Assembly (NCBI GenBank): GCA_051942245.1
Contig: JAVECL010000031.1
Coordinates: 62,001 to 87,276, forward strand
DNA length: 25,276 nt
DNA from: Trypethelium eluteriae
Lineage: Eukaryota
Reading direction: 5' to 3'
Positions 20,156 to 25,276 of this stretch are shown here, one piece after another. The notes under the pieces were generated by a model. The model saw only the letters and a list, made by a program, of their open reading frames with translations, was not told the DNA's origin and made no database searches. Both the position numbers and the translations under genes were made by a program. The first letter of the stretch is position 1. Each line of letters begins with the position of its first letter.

Positions 20156-23100
20156 CGTTACCATTGTAGAAACCGGGAATGTCAAATGAGGAGGAAGAGT
20201 TTGGCTTGACTGGGATGCAGTTTGGCGAGTGAGTAATGCGAGCATCAAGCTGCCTACCTAGTAGGTTTGTTACGATACGAGGGAAAAAAAAACAGACAAG
20301 ATCTGATGTTATATTTTGGGGGTCCGATTACAGAAAACTCCGTTGGATGATAAATAGCTGGGGAATCTGGATGCGTATCTCCAGCACGACGTTGATGATT
20401 GCTCAAATCATCTTCTTATTGTTCCTACCTTTGTTTATTGGTCTTCTCGTCGGCATATATCTCTTCAAACGACTTTGAATGCTATTAAACCCCTTTGTCG
20501 GTGAGCATCCAGCACGTCGGCGATCACTTCCCTGAGTTCGGCGACCATACTCTATGCGTGCCTTGCGGCGACGGAGATATCCGCAGACCTGCAAACTGAA
20601 ATCTCGGTCACTTTGAGTCGCATATGTGGCGGCGGAGGTTGAGAATGAGAGCGAAGACATTGGATACGTGATGGAATTATAGGGAGAGAAGCTGGAGTAC
20701 CTGAGCTATATATCCCCGTCCAGGATCCTGTGAAATTACGCAATGTGAGACTAACTTAGGCACCTAACTATACTCTTTACGCCATTGGTACTATCGATCA
20801 AAAGATCATAATCCACTTCAACGCTAAAACTCGTGTCAACACTTCCCAGAATGATCCACCCGGTAACTCAACCCGTTCTATCAGCAACCAACCCACCATC
20901 CGACGATCCGCCTGTGCACATGCCACAGGATTTCGGGCTTCTCCATAGGAATTTCCGAATTTCTCACCGCAGCCGCCACTTCGCGCCGATTCTGCACCCG
21001 CTCCGTCGAAGCAACTCGCTACTACTCCCACATCGGAACAGGTACATGTGTATCCATTACTAACCAATGCACCCCATGCACCTCTTGCGCTCTTTCCCGT
21101 TCTCCCCATTCCCCAGAAATTTCTACTTCATCTTACCAGCCGTAAAAGCATCCTCAGCTCAAGGGTTCGCCTTCTCTGCATGGTATGAGGGCCCCCTTGA
21201 ACTTGAGTGCCGATGCCGATGTCCGACTTACGATCCGTACAAGAAGAATGCGCCATTGGTCGAAGTGGGATACATGGTGCAGAAGGGTGTGTACGAGACG
21301 TTTCCGGAGTAGCGGAAGCTTTGAATCTGATGTCTCCAATATCTGATCTTTTGGTAATCTCTTGATGCTTTGAGGCTGTATTGAATACTCTCTACGGTTG
21401 TTGCAGACACTCTTTGGTTTCGCTCATAGATGTCGATCCAGAAGTCATCCGTTGCAAGCTTTCGGTGAATTGTCGTCTTCAGCGTAGACAACAAATCTTT
21501 TTATTAACGTGTTCAAAGTCTCTGCGTCTTCCCACTAGATTCTGCACTCTATTTAGGGTCTTCCGGAAGGGTTTAGATACTCTGCTGAGTTTCGATTGGA
21601 AAAGGGCAGGCTATAGATCAATTCAGCAAGAAGTCTGATATTCAGACCAAGCGTCGGAATTCGCAAACTAAGAGAATCCCGCTATTAGCGGAGCTATCAG
21701 GAATCATCCGCGGTGATCCTAATGCTCTGCAAGCGAGAGTAGTGGGGGTACCGCGTTCAAGCCCAAACCTATATCCATCCAAGCCAAAGTCTTTGCCATA
21801 CACTACACAAATAGTGTCTGAGAGCTTAAAGTAGTCTCTAGCTCGTCGAGTGAGACTGTGCAGATGGCCAAGATTGACAAGATTTCATTACCACTTCGAT
21901 TGGGCATACCAAGGAAAAGCGCTCTCCTATTTTGTGACGCGTCTAGCTTATGGTAAGTTGGGCCAAGACGGAACAGCTAGATCCGTAAAGCTAGATAGAG
22001 TGCAAAAGCGAATGCAGAGGTAGTTGGAAGAAGAATGTCCTGACAGAGATTGTCGCGGATACGGAACCAAAGGAGGCAGGGGTACCTGCGGCGCCTGCCA
22101 AAAAGTGCATGAACGCCAAGCTTTCGGTCATGGCTCGTCCCGCAACAAGTCGCTCCAATCAGGCAAAATTCCAGAAGGCGAATCGCCTTTCCTGCATCAT
22201 GACGATGGCTAAGGTACCTACATCTTTGTTGCGAGTCGTTCTGTTACTGTAAAGGCAACGCATCAGAGATGGAGATCTTTTCTACTGTAGCCAATTTAAA
22301 GGCAATCTGACGTTCTACATGCTCACATACTGAGCGTCTCTTAGCACAACCAGTTACAAAGTAAGGAGTACAAGTACAACCATCATCTATTAGGTTCGCA
22401 CGATGCATACCTTATGCGTCTCGGCCCCATCTGGATGTCTTGATGTAATACTATCTCGCCACGGGCTCGTACCGTTTTGACCGCCAGTAGTCAATGAACG
22501 TAATGGACTGAAGAAGTCCGATGGAATTCATCTAGCTTTATCAAACGCTTACAGTTGATCTTGAGGGCCAAGAGCGGCAATATTCGGCGTTGGAAGAACC
22601 CTGCTTCCTCCACGAGAACTGTCAAGCCCTTGCGCGTCGTGATAGGGCGCAACGGTTATGTGTGGGGAGATTCCCGAGCGGCATGCTACAGTGGTATGCA
22701 TACTCCGTACGTTCTTTCACGCCATTGATGTATTCATGGTGTGATGGAGTGACTTTCATGTGCCTCCCGACGCCTCCGATAAAGAGGATCGACTGTCACG
22801 CTCACATTGCTCGTACATGCTGACAGCGAGTCAGACCAACAATTGGTGGCACGGTCAGCTCTCGCGCGAAACTCCTCATTCGTATGTAATGCGGCTATTT
22901 GGGGTGGAGTGAAGATAGCACTCAAGGCGAAACCGGTGAAGATGATCCCATAAATTACTTGGCCGCTGGGGTTAAAGGACTGGTGCGGGGGGCGAGAAGG
23001 TTGCGTATCTGTGCGTGCTGTGGTAGTTGTGCGATTGGTTGTGCTCCGGTGCGTGGGGCGAAGGGCGACTGGCACACTGGTGGACCGGATTGCACACAGC

Positions 23101-23636
23101 ACATGTAAGCTCGCAGCCGGGTGCTATTGGTCCTCAAACTCTCTTTTCCCGGTCGAGAGGTCGACTCGAAACCAGCATCGAGCTGCCAGTGATCGCTTGG
23201 TTGAATGTGGTGTGGCCCCAATTAGATGAAAGGCGCTGTCGATCCTTCGTCTCCGCCGTCCGACATCAGCCAGCAACCTGAACCCTGGCCTCACTCGCTC
23301 TGGGCCCCTGAGGATAAGAAATAGATCCCAAACACTGTGCCATCGGCCCCCGCTCGTTCGCTTTCTCTCTTTGTTATCGTCATCTACCAAGTCACGTCTT
23401 CTACTGGAGGTCCGTCTCTCCTTTATGTTAATCTACACGACCAACTCGCCATTAGGGGGCTCCCGGAACCCGTTCAACAGTCGCTAGAGTACGCGAATCC
23501 TCCGAAGGCACGGACAGCAAAACAACAACTATATGATTTTCATCCAGCCGTGCCAGCACCGAAATCTTTTCACCTACTGAACACTCAAATCCGACCTGGA
23601 ACCGTCAAGCAACCTCTACAACTCTGCGGTTTGAAA

Positions 23637-24164
23637 ATGCTTCCCGCATCGCTTCTCCTACTCTCCGCCCTCATCCTTAACCCTATCATCGTCCTCTCTA
23701 AGCCGCTTAAGTTTGGCGACGCAATCGCCGCGACTCACTACCCCAAACAACGACCAATGCACTCCTCTCTCGATCATCGATCACTCTCCTGCGGTTACCA
23801 CGGCAAAATCTCTGCTGCACATCTTGATGATGTACGAAGCGCGCTAGTGGAGATGGAAAACTTTGGCGGGAAGGTTTGCACTCCGGGCCGGGGGGAGACA
23901 CGAATGTGCGACCGATGGACTCAGACGACCTGTGTCATGCTGTTGAATGGCGAGGATCACGACAGATGCAGCTTTGTAACCGAGGTCAACCAATTCGTTG
24001 GTGACTTGATCGAACGGCAAAAAGAATGTGGGAAAGGAGAACAGCCAACACTACAAGACAGCGTCTTTGATATGAAGTATACCATCGGACACCGGAATTG
24101 GAGGCCAAAGCTAGAAGATGAGTGGGGTTGGGTTGCAACTTCGGGAACAGGATCATCGTCATAA
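23637..24164 (+). CDS. Small secreted cysteine-rich (effector-like) protein, 175 aa
   Basis: ATG at 23637 (AAAATG) inside ORF 23337..24164; hydrophobic signal MLPASLLLLSALILNPIIVLS, pro-region ending LDHR, then a domain with six Cys. Confidence 0.75.
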   Translation: MLPASLLLLSALILNPIIVLSKPLKFGDAIAATHYPKQRPMHSSLDHRSLSCGYHGKISAAHLDDVRSALVEMENFGGKVCTPGRGETRMCDRWTQTTCVMLLNGEDHDRCSFVTEVNQFVGDLIERQKECGKGEQPTLQDSVFDMKYTIGHRNWRPKLEDEWGWVATSGTGSSS

Positions 24165-24510
24165 AGGTATAGAAAAATGGGACTGAGCTGAGGTTCAACG
24201 GCGTTCATGGCGGCTCATACAATAACCCTGGGAGGTGGCATTTAGCTTTTGGCGAAGAAGTCCGGCGCAGGCTCAAACTACAACGATTCATATTACATTG
24301 CATTGCTCGAGCGACTTTGCATTGCTTTCCATCTGTACATAGGTATGCATGTTCACACTGCGCTGATGGCCATGCTGAAACATCTTTCTTTTGTTTTTCC
24401 TGACCCGCTTCTTGAACCTCTGAGGCAGCAAAAAATACAACTTTTCAAGACTTGCGTCGCTTCATGTATAGCTTCTATGAAACAGAGAACAACAGACACC
24501 AGCCATGATC

Positions 24511-25276
24511 TCACAGCTTACTACCTTTCTTCATTTCTGCATCAAGTATCATCCCTTGGGGACCTCCTCGACTCGCATCATCTGTCCACAGGAAATCTTC
24601 TGGTTGCGAGTCTGACCAGCACCACTTGTGCTTGAATTCCTCTGGTGGCTGTCTCAGTACACAGTCGACTATCTTGTCGCCCAGCACTGGTAACATTTTG
24701 AATCCATGTCCAGAGCCGCCGGTAGCCAAGAACAACCCTTCAAAATCTGGATGGTATGTGATCAGGTAGTCGCCTTTCGGTGTGTCACAATACCAGCACA
24801 ACCTCGTTTTCGAAAATGGTCTTTCCGCCAATTCGGGTACCATGCGTCTCAACGTCTCTCTACATGCTTGCTCAGCTTCTCTTGGCGCCCAGAAACCCGG
24901 ATCCTCTATCGTCGTTCTCGGCAAGCTTACGGTAATCCCATCAGCCTGCCTTCTCTTCCTCGGATCTGGATGTGGTATTCGTACCGGGTTCGCATAGCCG
25001 AACCCATGTCTTGCGATCTTCAGATGGCCTTGACTCGACGGTACGACAAACATCCCTCGTGTCAGATTCAACGGGACCGGCACGTTCGCAAATTTCCGCT
25101 GTTGTTCTTCGTTCAAGTCCACATACGCCAGTATCTGCCCCGTCGCGCTTGCTCTTCCCCTCAAATCTACGACTCTTCCACTCCACGCCCCCATCGCCAC
25201 CACCGTCAGTTCAGCCCGCACCTCCTCCCCCGACGCCAGCTTCGCACCCAACATCCTTGCTCCATCCCCCGTATAC
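24511..25276 (-). CDS. 5'-partial FAD-dependent oxidase of the sarcosine/L-pipecolate/fructosyl-amine oxidase family, with PTS1
   Basis: VVAMGAWS, ATGQILAY, LKIARHGFGY, RLCWYCDTP (Cys at the position of covalent FAD attachment in this family), ATGGSGHGFKMLPVLG; ends GSKL. Frame is open to the window edge. Confidence 0.9.
   Translation of the reverse strand, partial: YTGDGARMLGAKLASGEEVRAELTVVAMGAWSGRVVDLRGRASATGQILAYVDLNEEQQRKFANVPVPLNLTRGMFVVPSSQGHLKIARHGFGYANPVRIPHPDPRKRRQADGITVSLPRTTIEDPGFWAPREAEQACRETLRRMVPELAERPFSKTRLCWYCDTPKGDYLITYHPDFEGLFLATGGSGHGFKMLPVLGDKIVDCVLRQPPEEFKHKWCWSDSQPEDFLWTDDASRGGPQGMILDAEMKKGSKL

Noticed and set aside
21864..22252. Possible small spliced gene (ATG 21864, GTAAGT at 21953) and Cys-rich ORF 22024..22212
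   Set aside because: I found no acceptor that joins the upstream exon in frame to the long open frame starting near 22001; the Cys-rich ORF starts at TTG and is short.
23337..23636. N-terminal 100 codons of ORF 23337..24164
   Set aside because: GTG start is unlikely in a fungus; the signal peptide begins at ATG 23637, so this is probably 5' UTR/promoter.
1..25276. tRNA/rRNA genes, TPP riboswitch, CRISPR arrays, intact transposons
   Set aside because: No cloverleaf, riboswitch consensus, repeat-spacer array, TIR/LTR pair or transposase motif recognised by eye; tRNAscan-SE, Infernal and RepeatMasker runs would be needed to exclude them formally.

Overview
Intron-containing genomic DNA of a filamentous ascomycete fungus (short GT-AG introns with CTAAC/CTGAC-type branch sites; no evidence of prokaryotic, CRISPR or RNA-gene content). 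Ten protein-coding genes can be reconstructed by hand: (1) a 5'-truncated CbbX/SpoVK-type multi-AAA+ ATPase fused through a 53-nt intron to a C-terminal HET (heterokaryon incompatibility) domain; (2) an HSL-family alpha/beta hydrolase; (3) a HotDog thioesterase ending in SKL; (4) a CE8 pectin methylesterase; (5) a CCDC174/DUF4078 protein; (6) a NADAR/YbiA hydrolase; (7) a PWWP-like plus BTB-like fusion protein; (8) a Zn2Cys6 transcription factor; (9) a small secreted six-cysteine effector-like protein; (10) a 5'-truncated sarcosine/pipecolate-oxidase-family flavoenzyme ending in SKL. There is also a SAM-methyltransferase pseudogene fragment and a possible histidine-phosphatase remnant. The most unusual items are the AAA(+dead AAA)-HET fusion, a candidate non-NLR fungal immune/cell-death switch, and the PWWP-BTB fusion that the ORF track splits in two. 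All family assignments come from motif recognition by eye, not database searches.
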